The notes below the pieces were generated by a model. The model did no database searches and had not been told where the DNA came from. It saw only the letters and a list, made by a program, of their open reading frames with translations. The position numbers and the translations under genes were made by a program. This document shows positions 8,958 to 16,291 of a DNA stretch of 64,000 nucleotides, one piece after another; within the stretch, counting starts at the first letter, position 1; each line of letters opens with the position of its first letter. This DNA is from Escherichia phage muut: the sequence record NC_052657.1; one strand, given 5' to 3'.

Positions 8958-9388
8958 ATAAATTACTTCAGTGTTACCACAAAGTGACGAACTGCTTTTC
9001 GTGCAGCAGAAGCCAGAGGCTTAGCATACTTAAGTTCATCTTTTTCCATTATAAATTCTCTTTTAAATGAAAATGCAGGACTTATTGGCATTGCCTGCGC
9101 AAGCCCTCAAGGGGAACATAGGTTTTTGTATATTTAACGACCAGGATAACCATAAACCCGTCATCATTCACATTCAAGAGGTACACCATAAAACTGCCGG
9201 GGTCTTAAAACTATAATGATTCGCAAATCATTAATCAGACAGTTCGATGGCTCCTCGATTTTAGCTCACACTAAGGCAGTGAATCTCCAATAAACTAAAA
9301 AATCACTTAAAAAGAACCGCTAGAGTTTGAAGGAGAAAACCATGAGCGAAAAGAGAAATTTTCTCTAGCGATTCCATTTAAATAATCT

Positions 9389-9463
9389 TGGAGCGAGTAA
9401 CAGGACTTGAACCTGCACCTGGAGGGTGGAAACCTCATATGCTACCATTAACACTATACCCGC
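9389..9463 (-). tRNA. tRNA-Gly (anticodon UCC)
   Basis: 75 nt; anticodon loop TTTCCAC, T arm GCAGG-TTCAAGT-CCTGT, acceptor GCGGGTA/TACTCGC with one G-U, CCA. Confidence 0.6.
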
Positions 9464-9518
9464 TTAACAATATTACTCTAACATATTATTAGCCCCTTTG
9501 TCAAGAGGCTTTTAATAT

Positions 9519-9842
9519 TTATTTTAAAATAGTAGATGCACCACGTCTGTTTAGATATGCAACCGTAAAGCTCAAATCACCTATTTCTTCAGGTTCCCAC
9601 TGACCTTCTAAGCCATAACAAGAACAATGATATGCGTGTACTTCATAAAACAAAGATGTTTTCATATCATAGAAATAAACGTGAGATTCGCCTTCATAAT
9701 ATGCACAATCATAAGTGGCAGAAAGAATTACAATGTTATCCTTATCTAACTCTACTTCATAATATCTTTCAACATCTTCAATATCATCAAAACCATCGAA
9801 AACATTGATATTAAAATATTTCTCTAACTCTTTTTCTGTCAC
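9519..9842 (-). CDS. hypothetical protein (about 107 aa) embedded in tRNA array
   Basis: ORF between tRNA-Gly and tRNA-Thr; probable GTG start with AGGGGG RBS. Confidence 0.45.
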   Translation of the reverse strand: MTEKELEKYFNINVFDGFDDIEDVERYYEVELDKDNIVILSATYDCAYYEGESHVYFYDMKTSLFYEVHAYHCSCYGLEGQWEPEEIGDLSFTVAYLNRRGASTILK

Positions 9843-9865
9843 ATACACCCCCTTTAGAGTTAAAT

Positions 9866-9940
9866 TGGTGCTCCCACAAGGACTCGAACCTTGATAAGTT
9901 GCTTACAAGGCAACCGTAATAGCCGTTATACGATAGGAGC
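9866..9940 (-). tRNA. tRNA-Thr (anticodon UGU)
   Basis: 75 nt; anticodon arm GTTGC-CTTGTAA-GCAAC, T arm CAAGG-TTCGAGT-CCTTG, acceptor 7 bp with one G-U, CCA. Confidence 0.65.
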
Positions 9941-10019
9941 AAAATATTTGCTTGGTAGGATTTGATACCTACAATTCTAGAAAATTCTAGAGGTTTCTAT
10001 TAACTCTACAAGCACTATT

Positions 10020-10104
10020 TGGCGATGGATCAAGGATTTGAACCTTGCTAGAACTTTCGTTCACGGATTAACAGTCCGTCGCCCAACCACTAGGCCAATC
10101 CATC
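10020..10104 (-). tRNA. tRNA-Asn (anticodon GUU) with unusually long variable arm
   Basis: Exact acceptor GATGGAT/ATCCATC, CCA, discriminator G; anticodon arm ACGGA-CTGTTAA-TCCGT; 15-nt variable hairpin GAAC-GAAA-GTTC. Confidence 0.5.
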
Positions 10105-10111
10105 TTTAATT

Positions 10112-10198
10112 TGGTGCAGGTAGTTGGACTCGAACCAACGAAGCCCCGAAGGGCAGGAGATTTACAGTCTCCAGCAATTGCCGCTATGCGATACCTAC
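10112..10198 (-). tRNA. tRNA-Tyr (anticodon GUA)
   Basis: 87 nt type II; anticodon arm GGAGA-CTGTAAA-TCTCC, variable hairpin GCCC-TTCG-GGGC, T arm GTTGG-TTCGAGT-CCAAC, CCA. Confidence 0.7.
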
Positions 10199-10203
10199 GT
10201 GTT

Positions 10204-10278
10204 TGGTACATCGTGAAGGATTCGAACCTTCGACCTTGGAGTTAAAAGCCCTTGCTCTACCAACTAAGCTAACGATGT
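10204..10278 (-). tRNA. tRNA-Lys (anticodon UUU)
   Basis: 75 nt; exact acceptor ACATCGT/ACGATGT, D arm GCTT-AGTTGGTA-GAGC, loop CTTTTAA, T arm GAAGG-TTCGAAT-CCTTC; anticodon stem only 3 bp. Confidence 0.6.
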
Positions 10279-10406
10279 ATAAATTATCTTTAAAATAGCC
10301 AGTGTTTGCGGCACTGACTATGAGGTATCGGTAAAATGGCTGCCACCATCTGCCGAAAGTTTACTCTGCTAAAGTAAGTAGCCTCAACGCTACATTAAAG
10401 ATAACT

Positions 10407-10492
10407 TGGCGGTAGATGTAGGACTTGAACCTACACGCCGTTTCCGACGACAGTTTAGCAAACTGTTGTGGCTACCATTTCACCAATCTACC
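10407..10492 (-). tRNA. tRNA-Ser (anticodon GCU)
   Basis: 86 nt type II; exact acceptor GGTAGAT/ATCTACC, anticodon arm ACAGT-TTGCTAA-ACTGT, long variable arm, CCA. Confidence 0.7.
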
Positions 10493-10500
10493 GTTTTTAA

Positions 10501-10653
10501 TTATTCAAAACAACCGGAATCTTTTTGTTCTGCTTTTACCATACGAATATTTTTACCATCTTCAGATTGTTGAAGATTAGAATACTCATAAACAACTTTA
10601 TTATTTACAATCTTAACTCCGGTAACAACCTGTCCAATAGTTTTATAATTCAT
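10501..10653 (-). CDS. hypothetical protein (50 aa)
   Basis: Start moved to internal ATG (AGGAG RBS) because longer track ORF overlaps tRNA-Ser(UGA). Confidence 0.4.
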   Translation of the reverse strand: MNYKTIGQVVTGVKIVNNKVVYEYSNLQQSEDGKNIRMVKAEQKDSGCFE

Positions 10654-10671
10654 AAAGCTCCTAGTTGAATT

Positions 10672-10761
10672 TGGAGGAAGATAATGGAGTCGAACCATCA
10701 CCGTATCACTACAATGGGCCAGGGTTCAAACCTGGTTGCGCACCGCTGCGCCCTACCTTCC
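10672..10761 (-). tRNA. tRNA-Ser (anticodon UGA)
   Basis: 90 nt type II; acceptor GGAAGGT/ATCTTCC with one G-U, anticodon arm CCAGG-TTTGAAC-CCTGG, T arm GATGG-TTCGACT-CCATT, CCA. Confidence 0.65.
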
Positions 10762-10824
10762 CGTTATCATACTTTAAATCTAACATAAAACTATCTTGCT
10801 TGTCAAGCAGTTTTTAAAACTTTT

Positions 10825-10906
10825 TGGCCGGGGTGACAGGATTCGAACCTGCATACTCCAATTACTCGGTTAACGCCTGATTAGAAGTCAGGTGAGATAC
10901 ACCCCG
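10825..10906 (-). tRNA. tRNA-Arg-like (anticodon UCU), non-canonical arm order
   Basis: Exact acceptor CGGGGTG/CACCCCG, CCA, T arm GCAGG-TTCGAAT-CCTGT; UCU hairpin sits right after U8-A9 and a D-loop-like segment follows it. Confidence 0.4.
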
Positions 10907-10978
10907 TTTTCACAGTAACTATAACAAAAAACTAAGTAAATGTCAAGATATTTTTACTAAAAATATTATTTAAATTGA

Positions 10979-11084
10979 AGCCTAGTTATGGAATCGAACC
11001 ATATTTCGTATTTAGTTAGACAAAGCGGTCTAACATATTTTTCAGGCTTTGATGGCCTCGGAATTACCAAATACCCTACTAGGC
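10979..11084 (-). ncRNA. tRNA-like element, about 105 nt, with large insertion
   Basis: Exact acceptor GCCTAGT/ACTAGGC and T arm TATGG-TTCGATT-CCATA, no CCA; inner hairpins AGGC-CATCAAA-GCCT and GTTAGAC-CGCTTT-GTCTAAC. Confidence 0.3.
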
Positions 11085-11086
11085 GT

Positions 11087-11171
11087 TGGTGCAAGTGGAG
11101 GGATTCGAACCCTCAAGCATTTAAGCGTTGCGTTTTAAGCACAATGTGTATCACCAATTCCACCACACTTG
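11087..11171 (-). tRNA. tRNA-Leu (anticodon UAA)
   Basis: 85 nt type II; exact acceptor GCAAGTG/CACTTGC, anticodon arm TTGTG-CTTAAAA-CGCAA, T arm GAGGG-TTCGAAT-CCCTC, CCA. Confidence 0.65.
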
Positions 11172-11286
11172 CATATAGGAGATGCATAGCACCTCCTTTT
11201 AAATGGTGGTTCCCCAGGGTTACAATCCCTGCCCTCGACACTTATGAGGTGTGCGCTCTCGTCAGTGAGCTATGGAACCTTGAATA

Positions 11287-11553
11287 TTAAGCATACTGGG
11301 TCATTTCACCAGCTTCGCGTTTCTCCAGAAGAACTGCAATCAAAGCAATAGCTGCTTCTTCTTCGTGAGGAAGCCCCATTTCATCCAGAAGAGCAAGGAA
11401 GTCAATTACCAAACTTTCTGTTTTAAGGCTAACGCTACCATTTTCGTTTTCAGTAAGAACTGATTCAGGATCAAAAATAAAGATTGCTCCACCTTTATTA
11501 TCAATCAATACGTGCTTCTCAATCAATTCTTTGCCATAAGTCTTTTCTGTCAT
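11287..11553 (-). CDS. hypothetical protein (88 aa)
   Basis: ORF with AGGAG RBS; first gene downstream of minus-strand promoter. Confidence 0.5.
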   Translation of the reverse strand: MTEKTYGKELIEKHVLIDNKGGAIFIFDPESVLTENENGSVSLKTESLVIDFLALLDEMGLPHEEEAAIALIAVLLEKREAGEMTQYA

Positions 11554-11582
11554 AGTTTTCTCCTTTTGTTTAACTTGTGCTT

Positions 11583-11612
11583 ATCTTAGCAAATAACTAG
11601 CTATGTTGTCAA
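11583..11612 (-). promoter_or_regulatory. sigma70-like promoter (TTGACA-18-TAAGAT) reading toward tRNA array
   Basis: Perfect -35 TTGACA and -10 TAAGAT on minus strand about 30 nt upstream of the RBS of gene 11287-11553. Confidence 0.5.
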
Positions 11613-11718
11613 CTAGTTTTTACAATATTTTTTCTTGATCTGTAACCCAGTGTATAACCGCATACAAAAGATACAATAGCAATAAAAACAGATAAGCCAA
11701 AAATAATTTCTGTAGACA
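11608..11718 (-). CDS. small hydrophobic peptide (36 aa)
   Basis: ORF below track cutoff; AAGGAAA RBS; predicted single TM helix. Confidence 0.3.
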
Positions 11719-11732
11719 TACTGTTTCCTTAA

Positions 11733-11954
11733 TTATGTGAAATCTAATTCCTCCTCTGGTGCTGTGTAATTTAGAAGAAGATCAGTTACACTTTGATGTT
11801 GATAAACCCTTTCGGGACTGTCGTCGAATGCCAAACTTGTACAAATCGAGCATAGATCCGACTCTTGAATATTACCATTCCTGTCTCTACGGGAGTGATT
11901 AGTCAAGTGTCTGTTACAGGCTCGGCAACGAAAATAAAAATTATGTTGTTTCAT
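11733..11954 (-). CDS. small Cys-rich protein (73 aa), possible zinc-binding
   Basis: CxxC ... CxxC spacing (CRACN ... CSIC); AAGGA RBS. Confidence 0.45.
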   Translation of the reverse strand: MKQHNFYFRCRACNRHLTNHSRRDRNGNIQESDLCSICTSLAFDDSPERVYQHQSVTDLLLNYTAPEEELDFT

Positions 11955-12025
11955 AAATCCTTCGTGAAGCCCATCCAGGGCAGTTGCAGGCTCTCCTTAC
12001 CTTAATCTTATCACGAAGTTTTTAT

Positions 12026-13759
12026 TTAGTCAACCTGGATGGTTCCCATAGTACGAAGAACCTCTACATCAACACGGTTGCGGATATCAGTAAATGTTTC
12101 ATCACGTCCTTCTACTTGTGGTGTAATAACCGTACCATCTCTGAAGATAACTTGTAACTCATTGTCTTCATCTTGGATATCTTTAAAAGAAAGATTATCC
12201 ACAAGAGAAAGTTTACCATTTGTATCCTTAACAACCTTAATAAAACCTTTTGCAGAGCGTTTACCAGGATCAGTTTTAGGCTCCTTACTTACCAAAATTT
12301 CGTGTTCACCGATGATACTACCTGTTGCTTTAACAGCAAAACCAAAAGTATCTCGTGTATTGAACTGATAAGTATAACTACCAACACCAAATACAATATT
12401 GGAAGCTGCAAAACCTTTCTTCTTCAGTCGGCGTAAGATCTCGTGTTCTCGTTCAACAGTAATAGAATCACCATAAATCATACCGATGTGCTGATCAAGA
12501 ACCTTGTAGCCTTTTCGGTTGATAGTACCACCAAACACTTCCCAAAGGATTTGAATAGAACCTACTGCTTCACAATAAGGAATCTCATAAGTTTCATCAA
12601 TACAATCAGCAACACTGCAATCCTGAAGAACATTGTAATACTTATTAACATCAGCCAAATGAACTACTTCAGTGGCTGTAGCAATACCATTATTTAAAAG
12701 GTCTTCATAGTTATCAAAAGATTCAACATTGTATCCTGCAACAACTTTAACCGGATCTCCTGAGTCTGGACGAATAACAAGACGACCATTTCGTGACATA
12801 ATGGACTCTTTCAATTCTACCAGAATGCGAGTCAAGACAGCCCAGTAATCATAAGAATCTGCTACATATGAACAAAAACCTTCTGGAACAATTTCTTCAA
12901 TATAGCGGCGAAGAAACTCTTTCTCTGCTACATAACGAAGCCCATCAACATCATCTTTAAGATGTGGGAAATGTTTCTTCAGATCTTCAACAATAGCTCC
13001 AATGTTAGTCGTTGCTACTGAATGTTCTGTTGCCGGAATAGAACCTGCAACAAACTGATCATAATCAATACCATAATAATCATGCACAGTTTCAATAGCC
13101 AGAATATTATCTGTTCCTGTGAAAGATGCCAAATGAGCGATACCACTCTTATAACCATCTTCGACATTACTTAAACCACGTAGGCTAAAATCATGACACT
13201 GGAAGTTAACGTGATCAATATTATCACACGTTGCCATCGCATATGCCATAGCAATACGCTTATACTGAAAAGCTGCTGTAGCATTAGTCATTGTCTTCCA
13301 AGTTTCATCTGACAATAGTGTTTCCACATAATTAGTTAACCAAAAGAATTTTTCTAAAGTATTATGCACAGTAAACACAGGAACACCAATAGGACACAAA
13401 ACACCTTCTGGCAGAGATCGAACTTCCAGCGGAAGATAACCTAAATCGTGCAATTCTCCCCAACATTCAGCAGAAGGAGCAGAAGCACCTAATGCATTTT
13501 TAGACATACGATAAAATTTATTTACTGCTGCACTACGAGACATTTTAAAGAAGCTGTCCCACATAGTTACAAGGGCATCGGTGACTGCTCGACGAATACC
13601 TAAAACAATCACACCACGTGCTTCACGATCTGCATAGTGTGCAAAGTTTTTATCATTACGAGGAGTTAAATTAGAGAAAATGAGTTTTGTATTTTGGTTG
13701 TACATCTGCTTGTGACCAGGCTTATACCAATCAGTAGCAAAAGGTGCAAAAATATTCAT
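12026..13759 (-). CDS. nadV: nicotinamide phosphoribosyltransferase-family enzyme (NadV/Nampt-like; possibly Namat of NARP1)
   Basis: 577 aa; resembles NadV/Nampt by eye and co-operonic with a Prs-like gene; family membership inferred, not searched. Confidence 0.65.
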   Translation of the reverse strand: MNIFAPFATDWYKPGHKQMYNQNTKLIFSNLTPRNDKNFAHYADREARGVIVLGIRRAVTDALVTMWDSFFKMSRSAAVNKFYRMSKNALGASAPSAECWGELHDLGYLPLEVRSLPEGVLCPIGVPVFTVHNTLEKFFWLTNYVETLLSDETWKTMTNATAAFQYKRIAMAYAMATCDNIDHVNFQCHDFSLRGLSNVEDGYKSGIAHLASFTGTDNILAIETVHDYYGIDYDQFVAGSIPATEHSVATTNIGAIVEDLKKHFPHLKDDVDGLRYVAEKEFLRRYIEEIVPEGFCSYVADSYDYWAVLTRILVELKESIMSRNGRLVIRPDSGDPVKVVAGYNVESFDNYEDLLNNGIATATEVVHLADVNKYYNVLQDCSVADCIDETYEIPYCEAVGSIQILWEVFGGTINRKGYKVLDQHIGMIYGDSITVEREHEILRRLKKKGFAASNIVFGVGSYTYQFNTRDTFGFAVKATGSIIGEHEILVSKEPKTDPGKRSAKGFIKVVKDTNGKLSLVDNLSFKDIQDEDNELQVIFRDGTVITPQVEGRDETFTDIRNRVDVEVLRTMGTIQVD

Positions 13760-13830
13760 AGTTATGTCTCCTTGTTTGTTAATGTGGGAGTATCTTACTA
13801 GGCATACTCCCTATTATCAACACTTATTAT

Positions 13831-14724
13831 TTAAAAATTCCACACGTATGGAGATACAATTTGTTGTTGCAAATCTGACTGATTCTTAACAAGAACACCG
13901 GAATCTTCTTGGATGTTATCTTCCCACACATTAAGAGAATGAATGCAGTCAAAGTGCTCACTTAACTCTTTAAGACCTTTAGAAAAGATACCGTGTGTAA
14001 CATATAACTCAATCTTACCTGCGTTACGAGCACGTAGCACTTTAGCCAATTCAATAAAAGTTCTACCGCCGTCACAGATATCATCTACGATCATCAGGTT
14101 ACGCTTATTGAAATCCTGTACAGAAATGTCTGTACGAACAATAGCACCTGTCGCAGTATCTCTAACCTTCTCTGCACAGAACACATCTAAAGACATTTTC
14201 TTAGATAATTTAAATATTTTCTTAAGAGCACCACCATCAGGACTAACAAGAGCAAAATTCTCCATACGTAACTTCCACTTTAAAGTTTCGTAAGCAATCT
14301 CTTCTTGAGGTATTACACAGAGTCTGTCAAACACCGCTGGAGTAACATCACTATGTGGATCAGCAACGATAACACGTGAGAAATTTAATGAATTAATTAT
14401 AGAAGCAAATGCTTTAACTCCGAATGCTTCCCCAGGTTCACACACTCTGTCTTGTCGTGCATATGGCACATACAACATGAGCAAATCAACACAATATGGT
14501 TTATGATATAGCATATTGTCCAATGCATTCTTAGTCATAACCAAAGTCATCAAGTCTTTAGCAGATCTTACTTCTAAAGAGAGTAAGATTCTGTCTGTAG
14601 CATGATTGAAACCTGATAGATTCGTATCTAGTTGAACATGTTGTTCTCCACCAGAGAATGTAAAGACTTTAACGTCTACATCAGTAACATAACAGTTAAC
14701 ACCATGTAGAATACTAACTTTCAT
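13831..14724 (-). CDS. ribose-phosphate pyrophosphokinase-family enzyme (Prs-like; possibly Adps of NARP1)
   Basis: 297 aa; PRPP-binding loop MIVDDICDGGRTF typical of Prs / type I phosphoribosyltransferases; directly upstream of nadV-like gene. Confidence 0.6.
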   Translation of the reverse strand: MKVSILHGVNCYVTDVDVKVFTFSGGEQHVQLDTNLSGFNHATDRILLSLEVRSAKDLMTLVMTKNALDNMLYHKPYCVDLLMLYVPYARQDRVCEPGEAFGVKAFASIINSLNFSRVIVADPHSDVTPAVFDRLCVIPQEEIAYETLKWKLRMENFALVSPDGGALKKIFKLSKKMSLDVFCAEKVRDTATGAIVRTDISVQDFNKRNLMIVDDICDGGRTFIELAKVLRARNAGKIELYVTHGIFSKGLKELSEHFDCIHSLNVWEDNIQEDSGVLVKNQSDLQQQIVSPYVWNF

Positions 14725-14763
14725 TGTTTATCTCCTTAGTTAAGTTAGGACTTTATGTTCTCT

Positions 14764-14792
14764 ACTCTACATACAGATAGATCTAAAGTCAA
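14764..14792 (-). promoter_or_regulatory. sigma70-like promoter for prs-nadV operon
   Basis: On minus strand TTGACT-17-TAGAGT about 40 nt upstream of prs-like start. Confidence 0.45.
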
Positions 14793-14970
14793 TAGATATT
14801 TATTATTTAATTAATAATAAAATTAATAAAGAATCTATTGTTAGTATAGAGCATGTATGTTAGTATTATAAACATAACATAGTGCTATATGTAGACTACT
14901 CAGTTGTCTGTTAGATCATGTATCACAGGATTAGATAACACCCCCTCGCTGCGCTCGGCGTTTTTCGGGG

Positions 14971-14994
14971 GTTAGGGTAGCATACTTTTTTGCG
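14971..14994 (+). promoter_or_regulatory. conserved upstream element TTAGGGTAGCAT-N2-TTTTTT-N-CG (copy 1)
   Basis: Near-identical 24-nt motif recurs in opposite orientation at 55907-55930; both precede the first gene of an operon. Confidence 0.35.
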
Positions 14995-15133
14995 TTTGTC
15001 AACACCTTTTTAGATTATTTTTAAGTACAACCTAAACCTCCTAAAAACGATTGTAACGAGTTTTACTGTGAGGTAAGGTGATTGCATATCTTAAAGGCCA
15101 TTAGCTCGTTACAGAGCCGTATAGGAGGGAATA

Positions 15134-15502
15134 ATGAGGGTCACACGCTACGTTAGAAGTGAAACAATAGATGGAAGCATAATGTATGCTTTCTACGATG
15201 ATAAAACTTTTTGTTCTGCATTCTATGAAGAAGACTTGTCTACGGAATGGCAACAAATCATCTTCTTACTTGACATTTTGAAAAGAAGAGATAACTTTGA
15301 AGGTATTGAGTGGACAGCGGAAAGCAAAGTTATCGTTGCAGGTTTAAGCAAACATGAATTGCTTGACTTAGACTGTAAACTTTGTAATTATCAATTCTCA
15401 AAACGTTTACCATTAGAAAGACAGTTAGGAGTTGAGATTCATGTTGACTTGGGCGATGGAGTATCCTATACTTTCAACAATCATAGTGCTGACATTAATT
15501 AG
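15134..15502 (+). CDS. hypothetical protein (122 aa)
   Basis: First ORF of plus-strand operon; RBS AGGAGGG; no motif recognised. Confidence 0.45.
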   Translation: MRVTRYVRSETIDGSIMYAFYDDKTFCSAFYEEDLSTEWQQIIFLLDILKRRDNFEGIEWTAESKVIVAGLSKHELLDLDCKLCNYQFSKRLPLERQLGVEIHVDLGDGVSYTFNNHSADIN

Positions 15503-15568
15503 TGGAATCACAAAATGCGTCACAAGCATTTGCGATTGTTTAACACATTTTAAACAAAGGAAAAATAA

Positions 15569-15766
15569 ATGAATCAAACTATGCAAACAATCTATAGAGT
15601 CATCCTTGGTGAGTTCCATGTTGTTAAGTCAACATTGAATTATGAAGAAGCTAAAGAGAATTTCTTGCTTTGGGTTGAAGAATTCTCTGAAGTTGAAAAG
15701 GTGAGTTACAATTGTGTAACTTTAACTGCTGATCACGTACCTGTATTGGAGTTTATTAAGAAATGA
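15569..15766 (+). CDS. hypothetical protein (65 aa)
   Basis: Track ORF, co-oriented and tightly packed. Confidence 0.4.
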   Translation: MNQTMQTIYRVILGEFHVVKSTLNYEEAKENFLLWVEEFSEVEKVSYNCVTLTADHVPVLEFIKK

Positions 15767-16002
15767 AAAAAGAAATTTTAACTGATGTAACATATTCTTG
15801 TATTAGCAAAGGCGGTTTATATCGTGTAGTTGGCTTTCCTAAACCAGCGGGTGTATCTAAAGTATTTGATCCTGTTGTGATCTACGAAGATGTAAGGACT
15901 GGTCAACAGTATTGGCGATTCCAGCAAGATTTCTTACACCGCATGGAGGTTGTTGATGGCGAAAACACCGAAGAAGCGATCCGTAACAAAGCGCGCATCT
16001 AA
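15763..16002 (+). CDS. hypothetical protein (79 aa)
   Basis: Track ORF; start overlaps upstream stop. Confidence 0.4.
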   Translation: MKKEILTDVTYSCISKGGLYRVVGFPKPAGVSKVFDPVVIYEDVRTGQQYWRFQQDFLHRMEVVDGENTEEAIRNKARI

Positions 16003-16291
16003 AGATGGGGCGGCAAAAGCCGCTCCTAAGAAACAAAAATTTGACACAGAGGCTTTTGTCTTTGATACTCCAATAGAAAAGATAGAAGAAGCTCTTGCTA
16101 AATTTGAAGCACGTGATGCAGATCCTATGGCAGATCCTTTCACAGAAGATGAATTGTACTGGTTTGGCTGGTGGGTTTTGAATCTACCAGAAGCTAAAAA
16201 ACGAGGAATGAAGTCAGTTCCTATTTGTGCAAAAGAATCGGCTGTGTTAGGTTTATACGAGAAACCTAAAAGAAGGAGCAAAAAGAAATGA
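15956..16291 (+). CDS. lysine-rich basic protein (111 aa)
   Basis: Start reset to ATG 15956 (GGAGG RBS); K/A-rich N- and C-termini suggest nucleic-acid binding. Confidence 0.4.
   Translation: MAKTPKKRSVTKRASKDGAAKAAPKKQKFDTEAFVFDTPIEKIEEALAKFEARDADPMADPFTEDELYWFGWWVLNLPEAKKRGMKSVPICAKESAVLGLYEKPKRRSKKK

Noticed and set aside
8150-9070. Plus-strand track ORFs 8150-8353, 8618-8878, 8719-8910 and 8882-9070
   Set aside because: They lie antisense across hand-parsed minus-strand tRNA genes and have no RBS; treated as chance open frames.
9342-9368. AAGGAG plus ATG opening an 8-codon frame on the plus strand
   Set aside because: Too short, and it overlaps a perfect 15-nt palindrome that is more likely a structural or regulatory element.
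8242-11171. Possibility that the clustered direct-orientation RNA genes are a CRISPR array
   Set aside because: Units are 75-105 nt with cloverleaf pairing and differing sequences, with no constant repeat alternating with spacers; no CRISPR array is present in the window.
11185-11200. Strong AGGAGG plus ATG on the minus strand reading into tRNA-Leu(UAA)
   Set aside because: The resulting 24-codon frame would be translated across a tRNA gene; more likely a chance match within the promoter-proximal leader.
11215-11231. Hairpin CAGGG-ttacaat-CCCTG resembling a T arm
   Set aside because: Loop is not a T-loop consensus and no acceptor-stem partner exists at tRNA spacing.
10988-11290. Plus-strand track ORF 10988-11290 (100 aa)
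   Set aside because: Runs antisense through the tRNA-like element and tRNA-Leu(UAA); no RBS.
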